Source of the DNA: Candidatus Scalinduaceae bacterium | GTDB taxonomy: Bacteria; Planctomycetota; Brocadiia; Brocadiales; Scalinduaceae | Assembly: GCA_046759445.1 (NCBI GenBank) | Contig: JBHICG010000059.1 | Span: 1 to 22,200, forward strand | DNA: 22,200 bases | Direction: 5' to 3' | Shown: piece after piece, positions 1 through 8,886 of the stretch | How the letters are laid out: the number at the start of each line of letters is the position of its first letter | How positions within the stretch are numbered: position 1 is the stretch's first letter | The notes under the pieces: generated by a model | The model's database searches: none | What the model saw: only the letters and a program-made list of their open reading frames with translations | What the model was told of the DNA's origin: nothing | Position numbers and translations under genes: made by a program

Positions 1-54
1 AGCGACCTCCTGCTCCCAAGGCAGGCGCGCTAAACCAAGCTGCGCTACGCCCCG
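1..54 (-). tRNA. tRNA-Pro(TGG), 3' end outside the window
   Basis: Reverse complement reads CGGGGCG TA GCGC AGCTTGGTTTA GCGC G CCTGC CT-TGG-GA GCAGG AGGTC GCT. This gives an acceptor 5' strand, D arm, perfect anticodon stem with TGG anticodon, variable loop and the start of the T stem. Confidence 0.95.
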
Positions 55-401
55 ATTATGTTTTAAATATAAACTAGCATACTCTATGTTACTTTCCAGT
101 TTTTGTTGTACAAAACACTATTTCTGTTGCCTTTTACCCATTAGCACTTTTCTTGGCATCATTAAGCTAATTTGCTTTTTAATCCACAGACAAATTAAAA
201 ATACGTTATTATTTGTGTTCTTAAAATATAGTTGCCGCATATATAATTAAGTTCCTCTAAAATATAAGATAAGCTTAGGTTTTTCAAGGGAAAAGAAGAA
301 TGGATTATAAAGATTTTACCACGATCCTGAGAATGCTATTTAATATGGTATGATTTAAAAAAGGAGTTGTGTAACTTAAAAATGACAAATCTATACTTTA
401 A

Positions 402-596
402 TTATTTTATATTAGAAAAAACATTAAGGTTTGAACCATCAAAGATTTCTTCTTCCCTTGAATCTCGTTCTATTTCAGATTCTATTTCTTTTCTAGGTTC
501 TAATATCAGTTTTTTATATCTCTCTTTAATTAAAGCTAATCTTTCCTTTTTCTTATGATTTCTAATAACAGGTATATTACAATCAGAAACCATCAT
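402..596 (-). CDS. small charged hypothetical protein (64 aa)
   Basis: ORF preceded by AGAGGTGG Shine-Dalgarno-like sequence before ATGATG, on the same strand as neighbouring genes. K/E/R-rich, no recognisable family. Confidence 0.5.
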   Translation of the reverse strand: MMVSDCNIPVIRNHKKKERLALIKERYKKLILEPRKEIESEIERDSREEEIFDGSNLNVFSNIK

Positions 597-759
597 CCAC
601 CTCTCTTTTAAGCTTACTAATGTAAAACTTTATGCAAAAAAATTGTCAAACAAAAAACTTCCTTCAGCAATTTAATTCCATTAGTGGTTTCGGATTATAT
701 ATTTCAAAGAATCAAAGTCAAGTCGAAATTTACTTTTTTTTAAGAATTTACAAGAAAAC

Positions 760-1125
760 TTATTTCAGCAAATCGAAGGTAATAAAACCCATAATCTTTC
801 CAAAATCTATTAACTCTTTTAATCTATAGATTCATTTGCAATATGGGATCGATCTTCATCACCAGGTGGGACTACATCTAGATGGCAGGCGATAAGTAAT
901 GTTGGATTTACACTTCCTATATACCCAACTATATTTGTTCTTCCCTTAGTTTTTTCAAAAGTATCATATCTAATGCCATGTCTCTTGAAGTACTTTTTTG
1001 CGATTCTTGCTGCCAGGTGCTCATTACCAGGAGGATTTATGGTGTTTTTGCCTATAAGTTCTGTTGCCAGGCGTACTATTTCCCTTTCCTGGCTTTGTAT
1101 GTAATTAATGATATTTTTCTTTCAA
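760..1125 (-). pseudogene. ArgE/DapE-like M20 metallopeptidase remnant with internal deletion and frameshifts
   Basis: Manual translation from 1121 gives KKNIINYIQSQEREIVRLATELIGKNTINPPGNEHLAARIAKKYFKRHGIRYDTFEKTKGRTNIVGYIGSVNPTLLIACHLDVVPPGD-EDRSHIANESID*. After a 1-nt shift it continues KELIDFGKIMGFITFDLLK*. The N-terminal NPPGNE/HLDVVP motifs and the C-terminal H-x-x-NE motif are typical of M20. The TTG at 1125 is out of frame. Confidence 0.85.
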
Positions 1126-1272
1126 ATCTTATCTAAATGCTGCCATTGTTTACCAAGTTTAATGGGTATTGGAAGTGTTTTATAGAATGGTTATCTGGAG
1201 GATGTATATTTTGATTGAGATCTTCATATTATGATGGTTAATACAAAGAACCTGAGTAAATTAATTATGAGA

Positions 1273-1614
1273 TTACTTGTCAATAATAGGATTTTCTGGC
1301 TCGGATTGTGCAGAGCTATTTGTTATTTGGGCATTATTCACTTTTTCTTTCATTAATTTCCCTACCTTAAAGACAACAACATTTTTAGCTGGTACAAACG
1401 CTTCTTCTCCTGTACGAGGGTTTCTTGCTTTCCTTGCAGCTCTTTGCTTAACTCCGAAGACGCCGAAATCTCTTAATTCTATTCGGTTTCCTTGTGATAA
1501 CTCCTGTATGATTTTATCTAAAAACATTTGAATCGTTTCTTTAACTTCCAGTTGTGAGTTATTAGTTTTTCTTACTATCTTCTCACACAGATCTTTCTTG
1601 GTTGTTGTTTGCAT
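1273..1614 (-). CDS. HU/integration host factor family DNA-binding protein
   Basis: TKKDL N-terminus, RIELRDFGVF, ARKARNPRTGE and VVVFKVGKLMKE motifs; about 20 aa polar C-terminal tail. Confidence 0.95.
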   Translation of the reverse strand: MQTTTKKDLCEKIVRKTNNSQLEVKETIQMFLDKIIQELSQGNRIELRDFGVFGVKQRAARKARNPRTGEEAFVPAKNVVVFKVGKLMKEKVNNAQITNSSAQSEPENPIIDK

Positions 1615-1682
1615 TTATATATTCCCCCTTTCCATATGGTAATTTATTACTATTTTTCTTCAATTAAAACTTCTTTTCCAAC

Positions 1683-1711
1683 ATGCTATCAAGTCTAAGT
1701 GCTTATGTCAA
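1683..1711 (-). promoter_or_regulatory. putative sigma70 promoter of the HU/IHF gene
   Basis: Minus strand TTGACA-17 nt-TAGCAT with extended -10 TG, about 70 nt upstream of the ATG. Confidence 0.6.
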
Positions 1712-1880
1712 TAGGATTTTATGACTTTTATGTTAAATATAATATTGTTATATCTCTTCATAAAAAATATTGTTGTTAGGAAGGATAGTTTAGATAGTAT
1801 GAGATTGAATGTGGAAATAGGGTAAGACTTCTGCCAAAAAGTTTTATGGAAAAAGAAAGGGTATAATATGTAATATTGCA

Positions 1881-3683
1881 CTACCACAATTTAAATAACT
1901 TTACAAACCAGTATTTACCGTATATTACTTTATAGGGAATATTGATAGAGAATTCCTTCCGCAATTTTTCAATCTCCATTATCCATTCTTCTTTGCGTCC
2001 TTGCTTGACAATTTTAGTGACTAGAAAATGTACCTTACGCCTTGCCCATTCTTGAGCGATTTCTGGCCTACCATTTCCTTGTTTGGAAATAGTTTTCATA
2101 ATAAAAAGTTCTCTCTTCCGATCCCTAGTATTACCAACTATCCTTAAAGCAACTTTTTCGTTTACCTTGCACATACCATAAATTTCGATTTTCTGTCTTC
2201 TATAAAGATTAGGTAAAATTTTTGGATAGATTTTCCCTTCATCAAGATTGCAATAGTTTACTTCAAGGTTTAAGAGTATTGGGTTTTTATAATGCCAAAC
2301 AAAATCTTCTAAGATTATCTTTCCTGGTTTATCTTCCTTTTTAACCCAAGAGACTCCTCGACTTTCGAATGCCAGTAGGTCAAGGAAATATCTATTCCCA
2401 CTCCCTCCTATATCTACAGGGAAGATTGATATGTTTGGATAACGTACTATGGCTAAATCTTTTACAATACTTTGGATATCCGTAATGCCTGTAGTTGGTT
2501 TGCCATCACTTATAAAAAAGATATTGCAAGGTCGCTCGGACGTTGGGATAGCTTTTACGATATTTTTAAGTACGGTATAAATGTTTGTTAAATAGTTTTT
2601 TGTCGTAAGATTAATAAAGTTAATAAAGGAAATAGCAGCATTAATATTACCTTGATTAATCACCTGAAAGTTAGTGAATAATTGTTTGCTTGTAGTACTA
2701 AAGATTATTATATTAAAACGATCACCTTTATTAAACATCTCTAGATAATTTGATATCGCACCCTTGACCTCTTCAATGTCTGAGTCACTTATACTACCTG
2801 ATATATCTATAACAAAAAGAACATCTTTTGAAATAAGTGGAAGAATTGAATCTTTTTTTGGTGTAATAGTTATTTTGAAGTATCCTTCCTCCTTTCCTGG
2901 ATAACTAAAGGTAGTAAATTTTGTTTCCACCTCTGTGGAGAGATCTTCATATTTGTTTTTATGTATAGTTTCAGGTTCTTCTTCAGACACCATAGTTTCA
3001 ATATCATGTTTGACATCAATTTTTGAAATTTTAGTGTCAATTGTTTCAGGAGTTAACTTATTTATAGGAATTGTATCTATTATTTCTTTTTTTTGAGGTT
3101 TTTTGCCGATTAATCTTTTATCAAAACCCGAGATTTTCATCTCTGACAAATTGTGATGATCTTGAAAGATATTAAGTTCTTTGATGGCGACTTTTTTACC
3201 TTCTGAGACTTTTACTTGTTCTATATCATCCTTAAAGGTCATCTTTTCTACTTCGTTGAAGAATTTAGTGTCTTTGCGGGATAAACGTCCCACCTGTTCA
3301 AGCATTTCTTTCTGGAGCTGGCTTTTTATTTTATCGCTCGTAGATATTTCAAGCTTTGTAGCTGAATCTCTTTTCGTTTTAGGTGCCAAAGTTTCTAGCT
3401 CTGTATAAGGTATATCTTTTAGTAATCGTTCCGGAGACTCCTTTAAAACAGCTACTTCTTCGGGCGAATCGTATTCCTTATACATACGTTCTAATTCCAT
3501 TCTTTCCCGCGAAACTGTTATTACTTCAAAACGAGCATGTATTGCCTCTTCAAATGCCCTTAGATTTAAAACTTTTTTATTGCTGAGAAAGAGAAATACA
3601 TTAATATGGAACAATAAAGAAAAAATAATTGAACCAATAATCAAAGAATAATTTATTGAATGTCTGGCAGAAAGATTTTTCAC
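1881..3683 (-). CDS. membrane-anchored VWA (VIT/ITIH-like) domain protein
   Basis: N-terminal TM helix and long charged linker. VWA motifs DVLFVIDISGS (MIDAS), DRFNIIIFS, IFFISDGKPT, FLDLLAFESRG, followed by a VIT-family-like C-terminal region (PNLY...WARRKV). Start overlaps the TPR gene stop (GTGA). Confidence 0.9.
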   Translation of the reverse strand: MKNLSARHSINYSLIIGSIIFSLLFHINVFLFLSNKKVLNLRAFEEAIHARFEVITVSRERMELERMYKEYDSPEEVAVLKESPERLLKDIPYTELETLAPKTKRDSATKLEISTSDKIKSQLQKEMLEQVGRLSRKDTKFFNEVEKMTFKDDIEQVKVSEGKKVAIKELNIFQDHHNLSEMKISGFDKRLIGKKPQKKEIIDTIPINKLTPETIDTKISKIDVKHDIETMVSEEEPETIHKNKYEDLSTEVETKFTTFSYPGKEEGYFKITITPKKDSILPLISKDVLFVIDISGSISDSDIEEVKGAISNYLEMFNKGDRFNIIIFSTTSKQLFTNFQVINQGNINAAISFINFINLTTKNYLTNIYTVLKNIVKAIPTSERPCNIFFISDGKPTTGITDIQSIVKDLAIVRYPNISIFPVDIGGSGNRYFLDLLAFESRGVSWVKKEDKPGKIILEDFVWHYKNPILLNLEVNYCNLDEGKIYPKILPNLYRRQKIEIYGMCKVNEKVALRIVGNTRDRKRELFIMKTISKQGNGRPEIAQEWARRKVHFLVTKIVKQGRKEEWIMEIEKLRKEFSINIPYKVIYGKYWFVKLFKLW

Positions 3684-5842
3684 CTTATTTCACTTAGTTT
3701 TTTTCTTACTTCTTCCGTAAAAGGGCCATCAGGATAACGATCAATTAGTTCTTCAAGAACTTTTACGGCTTTGCCTTTATTATTAAGTAATAACCAGCAC
3801 TCACTTGTTTCCTTCAAGGCTTTAGAGCATATATCAACATCATCAAAAAGAATGGCAACATACATAAAGGCGCGTACCGCATCTTCGTACCTGCCATCTG
3901 TTCGATATATATTTCCTATACCCATTTTAGCACGAGCACTAACCATGGTTACTTTGTCTTTAGCGAGTTCTTCATAGATCCGCTGTGCTTCTTCCAATCT
4001 TCCCAGATTTCTATTTGCATCTGCTATACCAAGTCTGGCAAAAGATATTAGTTCCGTTTCAGAGAATAATTGTGTCAGTCGTTGATATTGTATAATACTT
4101 TCATCCCATTGATTAAGCTTTGCATGCCACTCTCCCAGGCGATAAAGGCAACGTTCAGTCCATTCCGAATCTTGGTTTTCAATTAGCAATTTTTCATATA
4201 TGGATATAGCCTTTTTATGCTCAGAGTAATCGGCCATGTACTGTCCAAGCCAGAGTAATAAGTTCTCGGGTATAAGTTTCTGAATTTTGTTTTCTATCAT
4301 CTCATATAGATTATCTGCTGCCTTCTCAAACTGCTTTGTTGCATAGTAACAAAGCGCAAGTCTATAGCGGGTGTCTTCAAACAATATAGTCTCTAAATTT
4401 GTGTTATTCGTGACTGCTCTTTCAAAAAGAAGGATAGCATTTTCAAAATCTCCTTTTCTCTGGGAATCCCATCCAAGGTAATATAGCGCTTCACTAAGTT
4501 GTGGGGATTCAGGGAACCTTTCTGTAAAGTCTTCAAATGTTGAGACCATAGATTCGTATTTTTCGAGATAAAAGTGGCATAGTGCCAGATGAAATGTCGA
4601 GTATTCTGCATATTTTCCATCAGGAAGAGATTCCATATAAGCAATGTAGTGCCTTCCAGCAGCATGAAAATCCTTCAATTTTTCAAAAATTTCTCCCAGT
4701 TTGACATGGGCATTATTTATCATTTTGTGTGCCTTATATTTCTCGATAAATGTCTCAAAATAATTAATTGAATCAGTATAATTTTCTTCCATTGCTGAGA
4801 TTATGGCCGTTCTATAATAACTTTCTGCACTACATTTCTCGGAATCATTTCTATCGATTACTTTTTGATAAAGCATTAAGGCATCCTTAAGATTTTCAAT
4901 TTCATAATTCGCCCCTGCCTGTAAAAAGATTACTTCTGTTATAAAGCTGCTTTCAGGAAATAATTCTATATATTCATTGGCTGTGGATAAGACTTTTTCA
5001 AAGTCTTTTGTATCAAAGTAACACCAACATAATTGATAGTAAGCCTTTTCCCTTATTTCGTCACTTGATGGATTATCAAGAATTGTCCGTAATACTGCGG
5101 CAGCATCTTCATATTTCTCTAGTTTTATTAAATTCGTTGATAGTCTTAGTCGTACAGATGGAGCAAGTTCGCTGTCAGGGAATTCTTTTATGAAGGTTTT
5201 AAGTAGATTTATTGATTCGGATAATTTATTTATCTTCTCATATGCAGTTGTAAGGTCGAGTAATGATGCTTTATATAGGGGTGATATTTTGTCAGAAATA
5301 ACACTTAATGCATCTATAGCATTTTCATATTCTTCTATTTCTATACAAGCCTTACCCAGATAGTAACGTATTTTTGTGGATAAATCATTGTTCGGTTGAG
5401 TATCAAGTGCCTTTACAAAAAATTCTGCAGATGCATTAAAATTTGATTCTGCAAACTTCAATCTACCTCTTCTGTAATATATTAAAGCGGCATTTTCTCC
5501 ATCTGGAAAAAGCGAGAGATATTTGTAAAAGGCGTTTGTGGCCTCCATAATCTTTTTCTCTTTAAGATACGATTCTCCGAGAAAGAAGATCGCATTGCCT
5601 ACTCTGGGGTCGTCTGGGAAGCGAGTAATAAATTCGTTGTATTCAATTGCAGCGAGTGTATACATCTCCCGATTATACAAACCATTTGCAAAATCATACT
5701 GAAGGGTTGCAGGACCATCCTTATGTTCTGCATGAACTGAACCAATGTAAAAGAATAATAAAATTGCAAAGAAACTGGCAATTTTTTCAGTTACCTTGGG
5801 AATGTGAACAAGGGATGAATCCTTCGTAATATTCTTCAACAT
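3680..5842 (-). CDS. secreted tetratricopeptide-repeat protein (CpoB/BamD-like repeats)
   Basis: Signal-like segment ending SVHA, then many TPR helix pairs of type A..Y..F...FP.S....A.Y.LG. Confidence 0.9.
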   Translation of the reverse strand: MLKNITKDSSLVHIPKVTEKIASFFAILLFFYIGSVHAEHKDGPATLQYDFANGLYNREMYTLAAIEYNEFITRFPDDPRVGNAIFFLGESYLKEKKIMEATNAFYKYLSLFPDGENAALIYYRRGRLKFAESNFNASAEFFVKALDTQPNNDLSTKIRYYLGKACIEIEEYENAIDALSVISDKISPLYKASLLDLTTAYEKINKLSESINLLKTFIKEFPDSELAPSVRLRLSTNLIKLEKYEDAAAVLRTILDNPSSDEIREKAYYQLCWCYFDTKDFEKVLSTANEYIELFPESSFITEVIFLQAGANYEIENLKDALMLYQKVIDRNDSEKCSAESYYRTAIISAMEENYTDSINYFETFIEKYKAHKMINNAHVKLGEIFEKLKDFHAAGRHYIAYMESLPDGKYAEYSTFHLALCHFYLEKYESMVSTFEDFTERFPESPQLSEALYYLGWDSQRKGDFENAILLFERAVTNNTNLETILFEDTRYRLALCYYATKQFEKAADNLYEMIENKIQKLIPENLLLWLGQYMADYSEHKKAISIYEKLLIENQDSEWTERCLYRLGEWHAKLNQWDESIIQYQRLTQLFSETELISFARLGIADANRNLGRLEEAQRIYEELAKDKVTMVSARAKMGIGNIYRTDGRYEDAVRAFMYVAILFDDVDICSKALKETSECWLLLNNKGKAVKVLEELIDRYPDGPFTEEVRKKLSEIR

Positions 5843-5861
5843 AGATTTAACCTTTTTAAAC

Positions 5862-6281
5862 TTAAACAGGCTCTTTTTCTATGGTAACAAAGGATACTTT
5901 TTTAATATTCAATCCTGCACATACATCAAGGACGTTTACTACATATTCGTGGAATGTCTTTTTGTCTGCACGTATAAGGACAGAATTTACATCAAAGACC
6001 TCACGGGCCTGCTTGAGTAATTCCTTAAGCTGATTTATAGAAACCCGACGTTTGTTTACAAATACATTTCCATCTTTCGTAATGTTTATGATGATGTCAC
6101 GCGGTGTTTGGTCAAGAGACGCTGACTTTTCAGAAATAGGAAGGGCTATTGACATATCACGTTCTACCTGCTGATATGCGTAAGTTACGATAAAGAAAAT
6201 CAGCAGGAGAAAGAGGATATCAACTATTGGAGCAAGGGGGAATCCTTCACTAACCAGGTTTTCGTGTTTCCTAAAATTCAA
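5862..6281 (-). CDS. exbD: ExbD/TolR family biopolymer transport protein
   Basis: LAPIVDILFLLLIFFIV TM with the conserved Asp, and VLIRADK...VVNVLD periplasmic motifs. TTG start overlaps the upstream stop. Confidence 0.92.
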   Translation of the reverse strand: MNFRKHENLVSEGFPLAPIVDILFLLLIFFIVTYAYQQVERDMSIALPISEKSASLDQTPRDIIINITKDGNVFVNKRRVSINQLKELLKQAREVFDVNSVLIRADKKTFHEYVVNVLDVCAGLNIKKVSFVTIEKEPV

Positions 6282-7084
6282 GTTTTATGCTCCTTTTTTG
6301 AAGGAGTGGTTTTGGGTGTACGACTCAACTTGTTCATAGCCATGTTAATAACATCTTTTTTTGAATGAATTGTTTGAGAGGGAAGACTCAGCCCGCTTGT
6401 AGCCATATTAATAGCGTCCACTATACTTTCTGAATCTGCTTCCATATCATAGATTATCTTGTTTGTTTTAGAATGAAAGTAGAAAAATAAGATCATGGAG
6501 AAAATGCCTACAGTTAGGCCTCCCGCAGTAGTAACCATGGCTTCTGAGATTGCGGAGGCTAGGAGTAGGGGTTTTCCGAATTCTACTTTATAGGCAATGG
6601 AACTGAATGCGCGAATCATACCAAAAACGGTACCCAGTAAGCCAAACATCGGTGCAATTATTCCAACGTGTGAGAACCATACAACTCTTTGCCTTAATCT
6701 TGATGCCAGTCTTGAACCCTCTGCTTCAATAATTTCTCGAATGCTTGAAAATGCCATAGTATAGAAAGTGGTATCATTTTTTTGAGAATCATTCTTTTCT
6801 ATGTAATTTATGTAGTTAACTACCTTGAGGAGACCTGGTAGTAATACCCCACATATTAACGGTGTCGGACTGTGACAAATATTTGCTGCAGTGTGAAGAT
6901 TTCCGACCTTTATTTCATTTTTTAAGCCAGAAATAAAGTTTTTAGGCACAATAGCATTTTTCCTGATGGCAAATAGACAATAAAAACCCAGGGCTACAAC
7001 AAATATAGAAAGAGCAGCAATAGGTAACATTACAGGTCCACCCTGAACGGCCATTTGCCAGAGTGTCACGCCAATTTCACTCAT
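6278..7084 (-). CDS. exbB: MotA/TolQ/ExbB proton channel family protein
   Basis: QGGPVMLPI, IAPMFGLLGTVFGMIRAF and ISEAMVTTAGGL motifs; three TM segments. Confidence 0.92.
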   Translation of the reverse strand: MSEIGVTLWQMAVQGGPVMLPIAALSIFVVALGFYCLFAIRKNAIVPKNFISGLKNEIKVGNLHTAANICHSPTPLICGVLLPGLLKVVNYINYIEKNDSQKNDTTFYTMAFSSIREIIEAEGSRLASRLRQRVVWFSHVGIIAPMFGLLGTVFGMIRAFSSIAYKVEFGKPLLLASAISEAMVTTAGGLTVGIFSMILFFYFHSKTNKIIYDMEADSESIVDAINMATSGLSLPSQTIHSKKDVINMAMNKLSRTPKTTPSKKEHKT

Positions 7085-7105
7085 CTTTCTTACCTTTCCA
7101 GTGAT

Positions 7106-8716
7106 TTAAATTGAATTGAGGACTTCTGAAATTATTATGGAGATTATTATTACAATGAAAGTATATATTACAAGTGCATAAACTCTTTTATCTCGCAACC
7201 AACTTTGTTTTTCTGTGTGTCTTGTTAATATACCTTTTAATGTCCATTCTTCTGAACTATGGGAACTATCTGGAAATATTTTAGAAAATAGTAGGGCAAC
7301 AATAAATGTTGTGAAGAAACCAATTGGTCCCCACCAAAGCCAGGAAATCGACGGTATATTTTGACCGATGAAAATATTAAGTGAAGTACCAGCTATTATG
7401 CCCATTATCACTCCATGACCTCTTAGTGATTTCAACAAAATGCCACCCAAAAAAGTGGCCAGAATAGGGCCAGAAAATGCTGAACCAATCATGTTTACGA
7501 TTTCGATTACTGTAGAGGAGGAGCGTGCTATAAAGTAAGCTCCAAACGAGCTAAATACGCCCCAAAACAACGTTATAAACCTGGACAAACGGAGCATCTG
7601 AAGGGGATTTTTTTCAATTTTTGGGTTAAATCTTAGAACAAAATCTGATACTGTTACAGCCGAAAGTGAATTAAAGGCGGAATCGATGCTTGACATTGAA
7701 GCGGCAAATAATCCTGCCATCACCAAGCCTACCAAACCGACAGGTAGATAGTTAATCATGAAAGTTGGCACGAGATAATCCGGATTTTTGTTTTCAAGTT
7801 GTGCAGCAAATTCAGGTTGGGATTGAATAAAAGCTGCCAGTACAACACCAAATATAATGTAAGTTAAAACAATAGGGAATCGGATCAATCCATTTATCAT
7901 TAAGGCATTCTGTGCTTGGCGATTATCTGGCGTGGCAAGCAAACGTTGTGCTTGACTTTGGTCACATCCGTAGTAACCAATATAAAGAAATAAACAACCA
8001 ATCATCATGGGCCAAAAAGCAAATGTCTGCCCGTCTCCAAAACCGTGATGAGAGAAATCTATCGCATTTAATCGAGCAGGTTCAATTGAAGATGCAGACA
8101 AATTTCCTCCTAAGATATTTATTGCAACAAACAGTGCCAAAAGCACTCCACCATACAGAATAATTAGCTGCAAAATGTCGCTGTACACATCCGCCATTAT
8201 TCCTCCAATGGTGGTATATGCTATAGCTACAACTGCCATAATGACCATAGTAATAAAAATAGATAAACCAAGCACTACAGCAAGAATTAATGCAGACGTG
8301 TATAAAATTACGCTTGTTGAGAGTCCACGAGAAAACATGAAAAGCACCGATAAAGTAAGTCTCGTACCTACTCCGAATCTATGCTCGGCATATTCGTAAA
8401 CAGAAGCTCCTGAGAGTTGACGGAAGACAGGTACTAGTAAAAACATTATGGCAATCATAGCAAGCGGTACTGCAAATTCGTACTGCAGCCATTTGATACC
8501 GCCGTCAGTTTTGAGAGCCACAAAGGCAGGAGCGCTAATCAAACTTATAGCGCTTACTTGATTGGCTGCCAGGGATGTTGCAATTACGGTGGGCCCCATT
8601 TTTCTTCCACCCAGGAAATAGTCATCAGTAGATTGCTGGCGCTTTGCTAACCAAATGCCTATTCCTACAATTCCAATCAGATAAATAGTTAATACTGTCC
8701 AATCTGTTATTGCCAT
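7106..8716 (-). CDS. sodium:solute symporter (SSS) family transporter
   Basis: DDYFLGGR, SVYEYAEHRFG, YTTIGGIMADVYSD, DQSQAQRLL and AASMSSIDSAFNS motifs; many TM helices. Confidence 0.93.
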   Translation of the reverse strand: MAITDWTVLTIYLIGIVGIGIWLAKRQQSTDDYFLGGRKMGPTVIATSLAANQVSAISLISAPAFVALKTDGGIKWLQYEFAVPLAMIAIMFLLVPVFRQLSGASVYEYAEHRFGVGTRLTLSVLFMFSRGLSTSVILYTSALILAVVLGLSIFITMVIMAVVAIAYTTIGGIMADVYSDILQLIILYGGVLLALFVAINILGGNLSASSIEPARLNAIDFSHHGFGDGQTFAFWPMMIGCLFLYIGYYGCDQSQAQRLLATPDNRQAQNALMINGLIRFPIVLTYIIFGVVLAAFIQSQPEFAAQLENKNPDYLVPTFMINYLPVGLVGLVMAGLFAASMSSIDSAFNSLSAVTVSDFVLRFNPKIEKNPLQMLRLSRFITLFWGVFSSFGAYFIARSSSTVIEIVNMIGSAFSGPILATFLGGILLKSLRGHGVIMGIIAGTSLNIFIGQNIPSISWLWWGPIGFFTTFIVALLFSKIFPDSSHSSEEWTLKGILTRHTEKQSWLRDKRVYALVIYTFIVIIISIIISEVLNSI

Positions 8717-8886
8717 CTATTTGAAACCAACCACTCGATAGTTATAAACTGGTTGTAAAACTTCTTCCAGCATATTCTCTGTCAATTTTAGGGCAAAATA
8801 TTTTAAAGAGTTTCTTTTTTCTAACAGACGTTTCTATCAGAATATTGAAATATACAAATAAACCTCACTGTGCTTGTGATGTTAAA

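Noticed and set aside
1..400. tRNA-anchored integrative element
   Set aside because: The window lies on the 5' side of the tRNA; no integrase or att duplication seen.
633..648. Minus-strand TTGACAATTTTTTTGC as a promoter for ORF 402-596
   Set aside because: Sigma54 spacing is right but the invariant GG is GA. As a sigma70 -35 it lacks a well-spaced -10.
367..829. Plus-strand ORFs 367-558 and 632-829
   Set aside because: Antisense to the better-supported minus-strand ORF and pseudogene; low-complexity F/S/K/I composition.
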